64,000 nt of DNA from positions 1,196 through 65,195 of IMG/VR virus record IMGVR_UViG_3300009551_000049; one strand, written 5' to 3'. Origin of the DNA: a virus. Its lineage: Duplodnaviria; Caudoviricetes. Both the position numbers and the translations under genes were made by a program. The notes under the pieces were generated by a model. That model had not been told where the DNA came from, ran no database searches, and saw only the letters and a program-made list of their open reading frames with translations. This document shows positions 9,388 to 17,243 of this stretch, piece by piece. Positions within the stretch are counted from its first letter, which is position 1. The number at the start of each line of letters is the position of its first letter.

Positions 9388-9462
9388 GCGTGGCCCGAAT
9401 AACGGAGCGTTACCGTAACTACGAAGTCTTTTGGATGGAGTGTGCAAGCGCAGAGGCCACGT
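9388..9462 (+). ncRNA. Structured ~75-nt element 1 (closed multi-stem, no CCA)
   Basis: GCGTGGCC (9388-9395) pairs with GGCCACGT (9455-9462). Internal hairpins ACGG-AGCGTTA-CCGT and GTGT-GCAA-GCGC. Confidence 0.4.
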
Positions 9463-9463
9463 T

Positions 9464-9541
9464 GTAAGCGTAGGAAAGTCTGGTTAATCCGCCGCGTTTG
9501 GGACGCGGAAACCGCAGGTTCAAATCCTGCCGCTTGCACCA
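9464..9541 (+). tRNA. tRNA-Pro(UGG)
   Basis: Acceptor GTAAGCG/CGCTTGC, anticodon arm CCGCG-TTTGGGA-CGCGG, T arm GCAGG-TTCAAAT-CCTGC, encoded ACCA. Confidence 0.93.
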
Positions 9542-9549
9542 ATTTTAAC

Positions 9550-9684
9550 CGGGGGATAGTGTAAGAAGTTTGCGAGATAGACAGCGTTGTTCTAGAGCAA
9601 TGTTGGAACGGCGTGAAATCCTCGACTTACAAGCACACACGGCTTTGGGCCGTAAAGTTACGTGAAAATCGTATCCTCCGACCA
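9550..9684 (+). ncRNA. tRNA-like RNA (135 nt) with a ~65-nt structured insertion in the D-loop; anticodon loop CTTTGGG
   Basis: Acceptor CGGGGGA/TCCTCCG + ACCA; D stem GTGT/GCAC; anticodon stem (C)ACGG/CCGT(A); T arm TACG-TGAAAAT-CGTA. Confidence 0.7.
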
Positions 9685-9713
9685 ATTTGAACGCATCGGT
9701 ATCCGGGCGTTCA

Positions 9714-9787
9714 TGGGGCGGACAGAGCGCGGAAGACGCCTTGGAAAACAAGCAGGGCAGTCACGGGCTTGCTAGTTGCCCCGACCA
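9714..9787 (+). ncRNA. 74-nt tRNA-sized element with acceptor stem and ACCA end but no canonical T or anticodon arm
   Basis: TGGGGCG/TGCCCCG + ACCA; internal hairpins GCG-CGGAAGA-CGC and CTTG-GAAAA-CAAG; preceded by hairpin TGAACGC/GCGTTCA (9688-9713). Confidence 0.5.
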
Positions 9788-9792
9788 ATTTT

Positions 9793-9867
9793 GCGGGTGT
9801 AGTTCAGTGGCTAGAACATCTGTTTTCCAAACAGAGTACGGCAGTTCAATTCTGCTCACCCGCTCCA
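9793..9867 (+). tRNA. tRNA-Gly(UCC)
   Basis: GCGGGTG/CACCCGC, anticodon arm TCTGT-TTTCCAA-ACAGA, T loop TTCAATT, U73 + CCA. Confidence 0.93.
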
Positions 9868-9873
9868 GATTTA

Positions 9874-9978
9874 TAGGACGGTACGACGAGCCTTATCAGC
9901 TTGCACGACCGCCCTTGGGTGAAACGAGATGTGGATTGAGGCGTGATTGCCGAAATGAAGCTGAACACAGTAGCCCTA
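9874..9978 (+). ncRNA. Structured ~105-nt element between tRNA-Gly and tRNA-CAU
   Basis: TCAGCTT (9896-9902) pairs with AAGCTGA (9958-9964); TAGG/CCTA outer stem; internal hairpins CGCC-CTTG-GGTG and GGC-GTGATT-GCC. Confidence 0.4.
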
Positions 9979-9986
9979 AATTTAAA

Positions 9987-10062
9987 TGGCTTGTAGCTCA
10001 ATGGTTAGAGCAGGACACTCATAATGTCTTGGTTCTTGGTTCGAGTCCAAGCAGGCCAACCA
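9987..10062 (+). tRNA. tRNA-CAU, probably Ile2 (lysidine type) rather than Met
   Basis: TGGCTTG/CAGGCCA, anticodon arm GGACA-CTCATAA-TGTCT, T loop TTCGAGT, ACCA. The overall sequence resembles the ileX-type tRNA. Confidence 0.88.
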
Positions 10063-10070
10063 GTTTTAAT

Positions 10071-10163
10071 GCGAGTAGAGGCGATTAGAAGCGCGACGGC
10101 TTGCAAGACCCGTATTCCGGGGATACTCCGTCAAATCGGGTGCAAATCCCGACACTCGCACCA
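10071..10163 (+). ncRNA. tRNA-like RNA (93 nt) with an aberrant or branched anticodon arm
   Basis: Acceptor GCGAGT/ACTCGC + ACCA; T arm TCGGG-TGCAAAT-CCCGA; D-like GCG-ATTAGAAG-CGC; GACGG/CCGTC encloses 28 nt (CTTGCAAG...GTATTCCGGGGATAC). Confidence 0.65.
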
Positions 10164-10170
10164 ATTTTAA

Positions 10171-10557
10171 ATGAGTCAACACGACCCAGACGGGCCAAAG
10201 AACCTCGGAAAACTTTTCGGGGACATGAATGACTACATCCGGCAGCATAGTCGTGGCGAGCTTCCGGCGCAGAAGGCCAAGGCTTCAGAAAAGCCGGTCA
10301 TGCCCCACAATGTCTGCCGCGTTTGCAACAAGCCTTTCAACCATTCCCGCATTATCGTTGAGCGACCGATTGTGACCGACCCGTGCCCGCAGTGTAACAC
10401 CCTGCTGAAAGATGGATTCACCGCGCTTACCGATGGCTCGCGGTTTGCGTTTGTAAAGATGCCGCCCACCTGTGCCGACATGGTTGGAATGATTGTTGAC
10501 CTGAGCAAAGAGGAAATGGATCAGGTCGAGAAAAAGAAAAATGAAAAGACAAGCTGA
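10171..10557 (+). CDS. Zn-finger protein (CRVC...CPQC)
   Basis: Two CxxC pairs; follows the RNA array. Confidence 0.7.
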   Translation: MSQHDPDGPKNLGKLFGDMNDYIRQHSRGELPAQKAKASEKPVMPHNVCRVCNKPFNHSRIIVERPIVTDPCPQCNTLLKDGFTALTDGSRFAFVKMPPTCADMVGMIVDLSKEEMDQVEKKKNEKTS

Positions 10558-10897
10558 TGTTCTGAAATGGGCACCCCCGTTTTTGGTTTATGCCCTCGCG
10601 CGCGACGAAAAAGGACGCGGACTGACCGCCGACCAAATCGCCGCCAGCGCGGGCATGTCAAAACGCAATGTGGTGCGTATCTCGCAAATGCTGAGTTGGG
10701 ACGCCGTGAAGGCTGGCACCATCGAGGCGTTCATGCGCGGGTGTAATTTCACGGCTGCTAAACAGGTCGATTACATCCGCAAGACCACTGGCACGAACAG
10801 AAAGTTTTCCCACCTTTCAAAGCTGCGGATGAAAAGTTTTGAGGAACGCATTGTGGCCTTTAATGTGTTGCATGAATCGAAGAAAGCCAAAAAATAA
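10541..10897 (+). CDS. Helix-turn-helix protein
   Basis: GLTADQIAASAGMSKRNVVRI is an HTH pattern. Confidence 0.65.
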   Translation: MKRQADVLKWAPPFLVYALARDEKGRGLTADQIAASAGMSKRNVVRISQMLSWDAVKAGTIEAFMRGCNFTAAKQVDYIRKTTGTNRKFSHLSKLRMKSFEERIVAFNVLHESKKAKK

Positions 10898-10899
10898 CC

Positions 10900-11430
10900 A
10901 TGAACCAGAAAGACAAGCCGGTTAAATACTGGGTCACAATTTCGATGATCGAAGGCTATATCGCAATGTGGTCAGTTCGCCAATCCCCATACCACCAGCC
11001 GGATTACCTGCTTGGCGTCATAAAACAATTTCGTGATTCGGTAAGGCCATTATTTGACGCAAATGAAATGCTCCAGATAAGCAGGACTGACTTACGGGTT
11101 TTGCTAAACAGCCACCTTCTGACCCAGCGGCAAGTCCAGCTTTGGAACGAACGTAAAAACGGTAACCAAAATCCGATTGGGTTCGTGTCGCGTTACGACA
11201 GGCCTGACCCAGACAATGATTTCATCGACCTCCACGCGCTTTCAAGAAACATTGAAATGGGAGTTTTCCGTGAATGTGAGCACGATGCTATTTCTGACCA
11301 CAAAATAACCCAAGATTGGAGACGTGGTTGGCTTTCAAGAAAGCTGTTCCGGCTCAAGCAGCGAATTTTCAAGACATCAACGCCATCACCCGAAAGTCCA
11401 TCTTGTACCAGTGCGTGTCGCCCCCAATAG
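10900..11430 (+). CDS. Hypothetical protein
   Basis: 176-aa ORF in the operon; converges on and overlaps the tail gene. Confidence 0.55.
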   Translation: MNQKDKPVKYWVTISMIEGYIAMWSVRQSPYHQPDYLLGVIKQFRDSVRPLFDANEMLQISRTDLRVLLNSHLLTQRQVQLWNERKNGNQNPIGFVSRYDRPDPDNDFIDLHALSRNIEMGVFRECEHDAISDHKITQDWRRGWLSRKLFRLKQRIFKTSTPSPESPSCTSACRPQ

Positions 11431-13219
11431 CGGGTGACCCGTCCGCGTTGAGAATGGTAATCTCGAAATAAAGATAGTTCCCCTGCTCGTAGCAATCCCA
11501 GTGTGCGTCTTGGGATGGAATCTCACCAGCCGCCTCAAGTTGCGCGGCTGTTAGGCTCTCGGGGCATTTCAACACCAAGTCAGGCGTGATGGAATGCCAC
11601 ACAATCTGGCAATACGTGGTGTTGTTGGGGTCGGTGTACTGATGGCTAGTACCGATCCGCAGGCGCGCAATGCACGGGTTGTCCTGCTTTGCCGTGTATG
11701 CCCCAACGGTAAGCCGGTCGATGATTTTGGCGATGTCAAACAGGCCGATGGGAATGACACCGCGCAGCAGGCTCGTAAATCCGGTCGCGTTCCAGACAGG
11801 GTTGGTGATGTTTTCGGAAACAGGCGGCGTAGGGTCGGTTACGCTCGGTATCTGGGTGACGAATTCGCGCGACAAAACACCGTTCAGTTGCTTGAGCGCA
11901 TAATCCACATTTGAACACGCCACAAGCAGTTGAAGCGTGTTACAGTCCGCCGTGCCGGTCGGGTTCGGTATGTAGTCGCAGAACGAGCTGAAGCCCGTAT
12001 CCATGTAATAGCCGGTCAAAAACTTCGTGGATAAAATCATCGACTGGTTATTGACACAGCCACGACCGACAGCGGGCCAACTTACCCAGATTTCATTCGT
12101 GATTGGCTTGAAGGCGGCGACCATCGAGTTGCAGCAATTCGGATCAACCTTTCGCGTCCGGTCGGAGTAAACCAGCCCCGTGGCCTGCCGCAGCCATTCC
12201 GGTGCCTCGGGCGCGGGCAGGTATTGATTGTAGGTGTAAAACGATTCGCGCGAACCGTAGTAAAGATTTTGGCCATCGGATACCAGCGAATCAGGGTACA
12301 CCAAGCAACCGGCAAAGTTCTTTGGCTCGGTATAAACACGGATGAAGGCAAGGGCGGTGTTAGCCACGGCATCAACCGAGATGGTGCTTTTCCAGATTGA
12401 TTTCTGGGTGAAAATATAGAGGTACTGACTTAACTCGATGGCCGCAATGATTTGCTCGGTGCCACCGAGGTCTTGAAAATTGGCTATCGAATCCGTTCCG
12501 GGTGCCCAACTTTTCGGCAGGTTCAAATCAGAGTACCGCACCCGGCTTGGAAATGACTGACCGCCCTCGACCGTATTCATCAGGATCATCAATCCCCCAA
12601 ACTCGACGACCACACGGGCCTTGGTCAAACCCAGCGTTCCAGTCAGGTCGGATATGGTCACCGCCGATGACGCGCCAAGATCATACGAATATACGTTGTC
12701 CTTGTTGTTGGTGAAAATCACCGTGTTATTGAGAAATGCACCGCGCATCTTCGCGCTGCCTGATAGGCCGGTGAGTACGTCCACCCAAAGTCCGGTAGGC
12801 TCTACAAGGTAGGAGATTTCAGACTCGGTACACGCGAATAACGTCCTGACACCGGCATTGCTTTCAACCTGTAGCATCGAAGTGACCGGCTTGCGGGTGC
12901 CGACACCGCGCTGGTGAAAATCCCAGTTGATGTACTCCATGCAATTCCAAACGCCGCCTGAAAAAACACGCTGGCCGGTCGGGCAAATGAGCTGGCCTTC
13001 CGTTGGTGCCGTATGAGTGGCTACACGGTAACTAGCGAGAAATCTTTCAAATCCGCATTTTCGGGTAAGCCTGCCGTTGTCTGAAACCGACCAGTTTTGC
13101 TTCTCTTTAAATCCCGCATCCGGCACCTCTGTTGGCCTAAACCGGGCGTCAAGCTGCCCGGTCAGCGGTGACATTGAGATTGTTTGCCAACGAGATTTGG
13201 TCTTGGAGGCCATTTCCAC
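11369..13219 (-). CDS. Tail tubular/stabilisation protein (P22 gp10 / T7 gp12-like beta-propeller); start may be ATG 13213
   Basis: Patterns NWSVSDNGRLTRKCGF, RVRYSDLNLPKSW, LYIFTQKSIWK and NEIWVSWP; last gene of the structural operon. Confidence 0.75.
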   Translation of the reverse strand: MEMASKTKSRWQTISMSPLTGQLDARFRPTEVPDAGFKEKQNWSVSDNGRLTRKCGFERFLASYRVATHTAPTEGQLICPTGQRVFSGGVWNCMEYINWDFHQRGVGTRKPVTSMLQVESNAGVRTLFACTESEISYLVEPTGLWVDVLTGLSGSAKMRGAFLNNTVIFTNNKDNVYSYDLGASSAVTISDLTGTLGLTKARVVVEFGGLMILMNTVEGGQSFPSRVRYSDLNLPKSWAPGTDSIANFQDLGGTEQIIAAIELSQYLYIFTQKSIWKSTISVDAVANTALAFIRVYTEPKNFAGCLVYPDSLVSDGQNLYYGSRESFYTYNQYLPAPEAPEWLRQATGLVYSDRTRKVDPNCCNSMVAAFKPITNEIWVSWPAVGRGCVNNQSMILSTKFLTGYYMDTGFSSFCDYIPNPTGTADCNTLQLLVACSNVDYALKQLNGVLSREFVTQIPSVTDPTPPVSENITNPVWNATGFTSLLRGVIPIGLFDIAKIIDRLTVGAYTAKQDNPCIARLRIGTSHQYTDPNNTTYCQIVWHSITPDLVLKCPESLTAAQLEAAGEIPSQDAHWDCYEQGNYLYFEITILNADGSPAIGGDTHWYKMDFRVMALMS

Positions 13220-14136
13220 TACAGTAGCGGGATTTCAAACTTTTTCAACAACCATTCAATATCGTTGACAAACAGGCTTTTATTTCGCTCTCGTTCCAGT
13301 TCAACCAGCCGCCAGTCTTCCCGCAGTTTCTCGACGGCCTGATTCGTGTCGAAGCATCTCGGCAGCGCGGCAATCATGCGGTCTGCTATCGAGCGCGGGA
13401 ACATGGTTTCAATCAAAAAAAGCTTGTTGTATATCAGCGTCCAAAGCGAGTTGTGGAACGGCAGCTTTTCGCCATCGCGGAACCGATGCCATGTGACAAA
13501 GTTTTTCATCAGCCGGACATCCGATCCAGAAAGCCAGAATTTCAGGCTCATCAGTTGCTCCTCGACGCCCCAAACGCGAAAATGATTCATGCCGCCCAGT
13601 TCAAGAAAACGCTTCCGGGGCATGACGTAATTCGCGCCCATGACACACGAAATCTCCTCCATGTCATCGCGTTCACCGGCCCAGACGCCCTCCAAAACCT
13701 GATTTCCGCTGCCGTCCGGCTGCTTGCCTATAAACTGGAGGTCTGCCCCGTAGTAAGTACCGGCAGGTTGTCCAAATGGCTTTACCTTTGGAGTGAATCC
13801 CTTACACACCCCACAGAAAAGAGCATCCGGATACTGCATAATGCCACTCATCACATCGCTTACCCATCCGTCTTCAAAGCGGACGTGAGAATCTGTCATT
13901 ACCAGATAATCGCCATCAGCAATCTGCGCCCCCACATGACGGGAGCCGCCGGAGCCGATACGGTAAAAATTACGATGCAGCACAACATTCAGGTCATCGG
14001 GTACAACCACATCATACGCGCTACAGTCATCTATCACAACAATCTGGGTAGTTGGCGCGGTCTGGCGTATGCTCCTGATGGTGGCCAGCAATTCCTCTTG
14101 GTCGTTTACGGTGGGAATGACAACTGAGATTTTCAT
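13219..14136 (-). CDS. Glycosyltransferase resembling polypeptide GalNAc-transferase (GT27/GT2)
   Basis: SVVIP..N, VVIDDCS, MTDSH (DxH), WGVEEQLMSLKFWLSG (cf. WGGENLELSFRxWxCG) and WHRFR (cf. GHVFR). Confidence 0.85.
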   Translation of the reverse strand: MKISVVIPTVNDQEELLATIRSIRQTAPTTQIVVIDDCSAYDVVVPDDLNVVLHRNFYRIGSGGSRHVGAQIADGDYLVMTDSHVRFEDGWVSDVMSGIMQYPDALFCGVCKGFTPKVKPFGQPAGTYYGADLQFIGKQPDGSGNQVLEGVWAGERDDMEEISCVMGANYVMPRKRFLELGGMNHFRVWGVEEQLMSLKFWLSGSDVRLMKNFVTWHRFRDGEKLPFHNSLWTLIYNKLFLIETMFPRSIADRMIAALPRCFDTNQAVEKLREDWRLVELERERNKSLFVNDIEWLLKKFEIPLL

Positions 14137-14141
14137 GCTCG

Positions 14142-14912
14142 TTATTTCAAAATATCCACTTCAGCAGACTTGTCCGCCCAGTGGAAAAAATGCCTCAACT
14201 TGACCGGAAAATTACGATGCGCCTGAAGCCGTTTCCAGTCCTCAATGGATTGCTCGCCATAGCCGTAGAATTTCAGTTTGGCCATGACATTGGCCTCGTC
14301 GTCCCAGCTATGATGGTCGAAAACAAGGTCAAGCTTTCTGGTCTGCTCGCGGGTCAGGCACGGCCCCCGGTTGCTGCCAAATACCGGCGGCTCATGCGAT
14401 GAGAAAGTCCAGCCCGGATAATACCGGAAGGCGCGCAACCACTCGCCCGGCCTGTTACCGTATCCATTGTCGCCGATTGTCACCAGATTCTTGCCGACGA
14501 AATACCGGCAAAAGAAAAAGGCCCGCATCAATTCGCGGTTTGATTCAAAAAGACCGAGAATTTTTTCAAGCTGTGGTGCCGTCCAGTATTCGTCCACATC
14601 CATTTGCAGCAGGGCGCACTGGTCGGGTATCAGGTTGATGCAGGCATTACACATCTCGACTTTGCCATTCCAGAGCTGCTTACGGATTATCCTGACGCGC
14701 GGATGACCTAAAATCCTGTTGAGATACTCAGTCGTGCCGTCCCTTGAAAGGCTTGGCTCCTGTGGTTTGCACCATGAAGTACACCGGATGTTTGCCGCCG
14801 CGCCCTCGGCAATGCGCCACTCCCAATCACATTGCAGCTTCTCGAATTCATACAGATGCCTTTGAATATGGGGCATTCCGTCTTTGACTATCGTGAAGAT
14901 GACGAGCCTCAT
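14142..14912 (-). CDS. GT-A fold glycosyltransferase (GT2-like)
   Basis: FTIVKDGMPHI, SRDGTTEYL and LQMDVDEYW (DxD). Confidence 0.75.
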   Translation of the reverse strand: MRLVIFTIVKDGMPHIQRHLYEFEKLQCDWEWRIAEGAAANIRCTSWCKPQEPSLSRDGTTEYLNRILGHPRVRIIRKQLWNGKVEMCNACINLIPDQCALLQMDVDEYWTAPQLEKILGLFESNRELMRAFFFCRYFVGKNLVTIGDNGYGNRPGEWLRAFRYYPGWTFSSHEPPVFGSNRGPCLTREQTRKLDLVFDHHSWDDEANVMAKLKFYGYGEQSIEDWKRLQAHRNFPVKLRHFFHWADKSAEVDILK

Positions 14913-15607
14913 CAGATCATCCCCCGCTTGCGTAGTTCATCCAATTCAGAGTGAGTCCATTTCTGGGCGTAAAAAACAGGCCGGTCAAAATCAATGGGCC
15001 GATTCCGACCATACTGCATGTCAAACATGAACCAAGTGGCAGGGTTCTGCTGTGCCAGCCGTAGGAAAATATGTTCACCAAGATTGGCCTCACAATTTTG
15101 CGGGCCTTGGCCCAAGAACAGCCGAACGAATTCAGGAATGTACCAGTGACGGACGAGAAACAGGCTTTGCTCACAGGGCATCCAGTCACATTTTCCGAAG
15201 ATAATTCCAGCGTCCTTGATTTCAGAATACATCTGCTCAATGACCGGCCCGAATGCCAGTACGTCCTGCTCAAAAAAAACAAAGTCCTTTTCGTCGTTGT
15301 AGGCATCCATCGCCAACGCGCATACCGCGCCCGTCCATCCTGAAAACTTGTGCTTTTTAATACCATGCAACAGCACATGACAATTCCCGAGGTCGCCAGT
15401 GTAATAGTTCACTTCGACCGGCAACGATGCAGGAATCCAACAGCCAGCGACCGGCGGACGCGCCCCGCTATCGGCCTTGATTACCACCTTGGCCGGAGCG
15501 GGATTAAGCTTGGCAATGTTTTCTATCCAAGTCTGAAAGAATGTGTCAGCCCCGCGTGAGAATTCCCAGTGGTAGCCGGAGCCGATGATGTAAGGCTGTG
15601 GATTCAT
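14912..15607 (-). CDS. Putative GT-A glycosyltransferase
   Basis: DFVFFEQDVLAFG (DxD-like); context within the glycosylation cassette. Confidence 0.5.
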   Translation of the reverse strand: MNPQPYIIGSGYHWEFSRGADTFFQTWIENIAKLNPAPAKVVIKADSGARPPVAGCWIPASLPVEVNYYTGDLGNCHVLLHGIKKHKFSGWTGAVCALAMDAYNDEKDFVFFEQDVLAFGPVIEQMYSEIKDAGIIFGKCDWMPCEQSLFLVRHWYIPEFVRLFLGQGPQNCEANLGEHIFLRLAQQNPATWFMFDMQYGRNRPIDFDRPVFYAQKWTHSELDELRKRGMI

Positions 15608-15610
15608 ATA

Positions 15611-15694
15611 TTATTTTCTACCAATTAAACACATGACAAAAATCCACAATATAGTTGCGGCCATAAACCCGCATGTAAAAGATTCCCAGTTCAT
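15611..15694 (-). CDS. 27-aa membrane peptide MNWESFTCGFMAATILWIFVMCLIGRK
   Basis: Translated by hand; ATGA overlap with the epimerase stop; fills the gap. Confidence 0.55.
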   Translation of the reverse strand: MNWESFTCGFMAATILWIFVMCLIGRK

Positions 15695-16668
15695 ATCGTT
15701 TTCACAATCTGCCTGATAGCGTGTTTAACAGCCTCGTCCGATGAGCGTTCAAGGCTAAAACCAGCCTCATTTAACTTTGCCATGTTCATGCGCGAGTGTG
15801 GCACGTCACCAGCCCACCCCGCTAGGTCTGATCCGTAATTCACTTTGCATTTGTGAATTTTTGGGATTTTTCCGGTGGCGTAAATTTCGCTTATCAGCTC
15901 TTCGACAATGAACCTGACATTGGTTGCTCCAAACGGGGCAAGATTGTACGGCGCAACCCATGTATCAGGCGCATCGTTCAAAATTTTGATGCCATGTAGC
16001 AATCCGGCCACCACCTCCTTGACGTAAAGATACGGCTTAGACTGCCCGCCATTGCCAAGTACGTCAAGATGGTCTGGATGCTCTTTGAGCTGTTTGATGA
16101 AATCGAAAATGCAACCATGAGTCGCGCGTTCTCCGACCACGTTGCCAAACCTGAAAATCACGGACGAAAACCCGAACGTCCCGCAGAACGCCGAAATGAG
16201 GGCTTCCGAGGCCACTTTGCCCGCCCCATACAGGCTGATAGGCAATCGCTCCCCAACGCCTTCTTTGCAGACGGTAAATCCAGAGTCTCCGTAAACCGTT
16301 CCCGAGCTGGAGAAGATGATTTTTTTGGCACCAGCTCGACGCATCGCTTCCAGCACATTATATGTAGCGATAGTCTCAAGTTCCAAATCCAAGCGGGTGT
16401 TTTCGATTCCGCGACGGGCATCTGGATTAGAAGCCAGATGGAAAACACACTCAACGCCATCGAAATGTTTGTCATAAATTGGATTAACGAGGTCAAGCCG
16501 GGCAATTTCAAGTCGTAAATCGTCTTCATGCTGGCCCAAATGTTCCCTGCAACCAGACGAAAAATTGTCGATAACGACCACTCTTTCAGTCTGCACGTCG
16601 GCGAGCAGCGCATCAATCAAATGTGATCCGATAAAACCCGCGCCTCCGGTTACAAGGTAATTTTTCAT
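15691..16668 (-). CDS. NAD-dependent nucleotide-sugar epimerase (GalE-like extended SDR)
   Basis: VTGGAGFIGSHL, FSSSGTVYG, YGAGK (YxxxK), FRFGNVVG. Start ATG 16668 overlaps the upstream stop. Confidence 0.92.
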   Translation of the reverse strand: MKNYLVTGGAGFIGSHLIDALLADVQTERVVVIDNFSSGCREHLGQHEDDLRLEIARLDLVNPIYDKHFDGVECVFHLASNPDARRGIENTRLDLELETIATYNVLEAMRRAGAKKIIFSSSGTVYGDSGFTVCKEGVGERLPISLYGAGKVASEALISAFCGTFGFSSVIFRFGNVVGERATHGCIFDFIKQLKEHPDHLDVLGNGGQSKPYLYVKEVVAGLLHGIKILNDAPDTWVAPYNLAPFGATNVRFIVEELISEIYATGKIPKIHKCKVNYGSDLAGWAGDVPHSRMNMAKLNEAGFSLERSSDEAVKHAIRQIVKTI

Positions 16669-17243
16669 TTGTTCTTGTTCCAACTCCCGTCCCAGTGATG
16701 GACGCAAAAGCTGCTTGGATGGGCCTTTTTTCTCTCTGGCGGAAAGTCATAAAAAAACGGGTAAATCCAAGGCGTAGGAAGTACCTCAAGACCGTCTCGC
16801 GGAGCCTCCGTCATCAGAAAAACTCCCTCGGCTGCGTTCTGGGTCATCAGCCTGTTTTGAAATTGTATCTGCCACTTGATCCAAGGATGCCCGGCGACCG
16901 CACCAAAAACTGCATTGCAAAGCCTGTCCTCATCCTGACGGGCGGCGAATGCCTTATGGTTTAGTAATGGAGTGAATGGCTTCAATACCTCAACATCGGT
17001 ATCCATCCAGATTCCACCAAGCTGATTCACTGCATGAAGACGTACAATGTTTGAAACACCAGCCCAATTCACACACTTTGATTTCAGGTGGTCGAGGTCT
17101 AGGCCAAGCCTTTTGGTACTATTTTCATTAAAGATAAATATTTCCCAATCGCGGTGATGCCTGCGAACGCTGGACATCATCTGCCGTATATGATTTGGAG
17201 GGTCTTGGCCAAACCAGCATTGAATTATGCGCTTCGGAATCAT
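16665..17243 (-). CDS. GT32 (OCH1/Gly_transf_sug-like) glycosyltransferase
   Basis: MIPKRIIQCWFG, SNIVRL, GGIWMDTDVE, HHWDGSW. Confidence 0.88.
   Translation of the reverse strand: MIPKRIIQCWFGQDPPNHIRQMMSSVRRHHRDWEIFIFNENSTKRLGLDLDHLKSKCVNWAGVSNIVRLHAVNQLGGIWMDTDVEVLKPFTPLLNHKAFAARQDEDRLCNAVFGAVAGHPWIKWQIQFQNRLMTQNAAEGVFLMTEAPRDGLEVLPTPWIYPFFYDFPPERKKAHPSSFCVHHWDGSWNKNK

Noticed and set aside
9375-9389. Sigma54 promoter reading of TGGCAY (GG-N10-GC here and at 38364)
   Set aside because: Only two of five copies have the -12 GC, none has TTGC, and the implied start site would fall inside the downstream gene at 38379.
9583-9606. Possible amber-suppressor anticodon (CTA) in the D-loop insert hairpin
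   Set aside because: The pairing register gives a 4-6-nt loop rather than a 7-nt anticodon loop, and genes are not interrupted by TAG.
9925-9960. Hammerhead-like GA-stem-GAAA arrangement
   Set aside because: The required CUGANGA core is absent (the sequence reads GGATTGA).
9687-10088. 133-aa ORF across the RNA array, and the antisense ORFs there
   Set aside because: It overlaps clear tRNAs and has no protein-like features.
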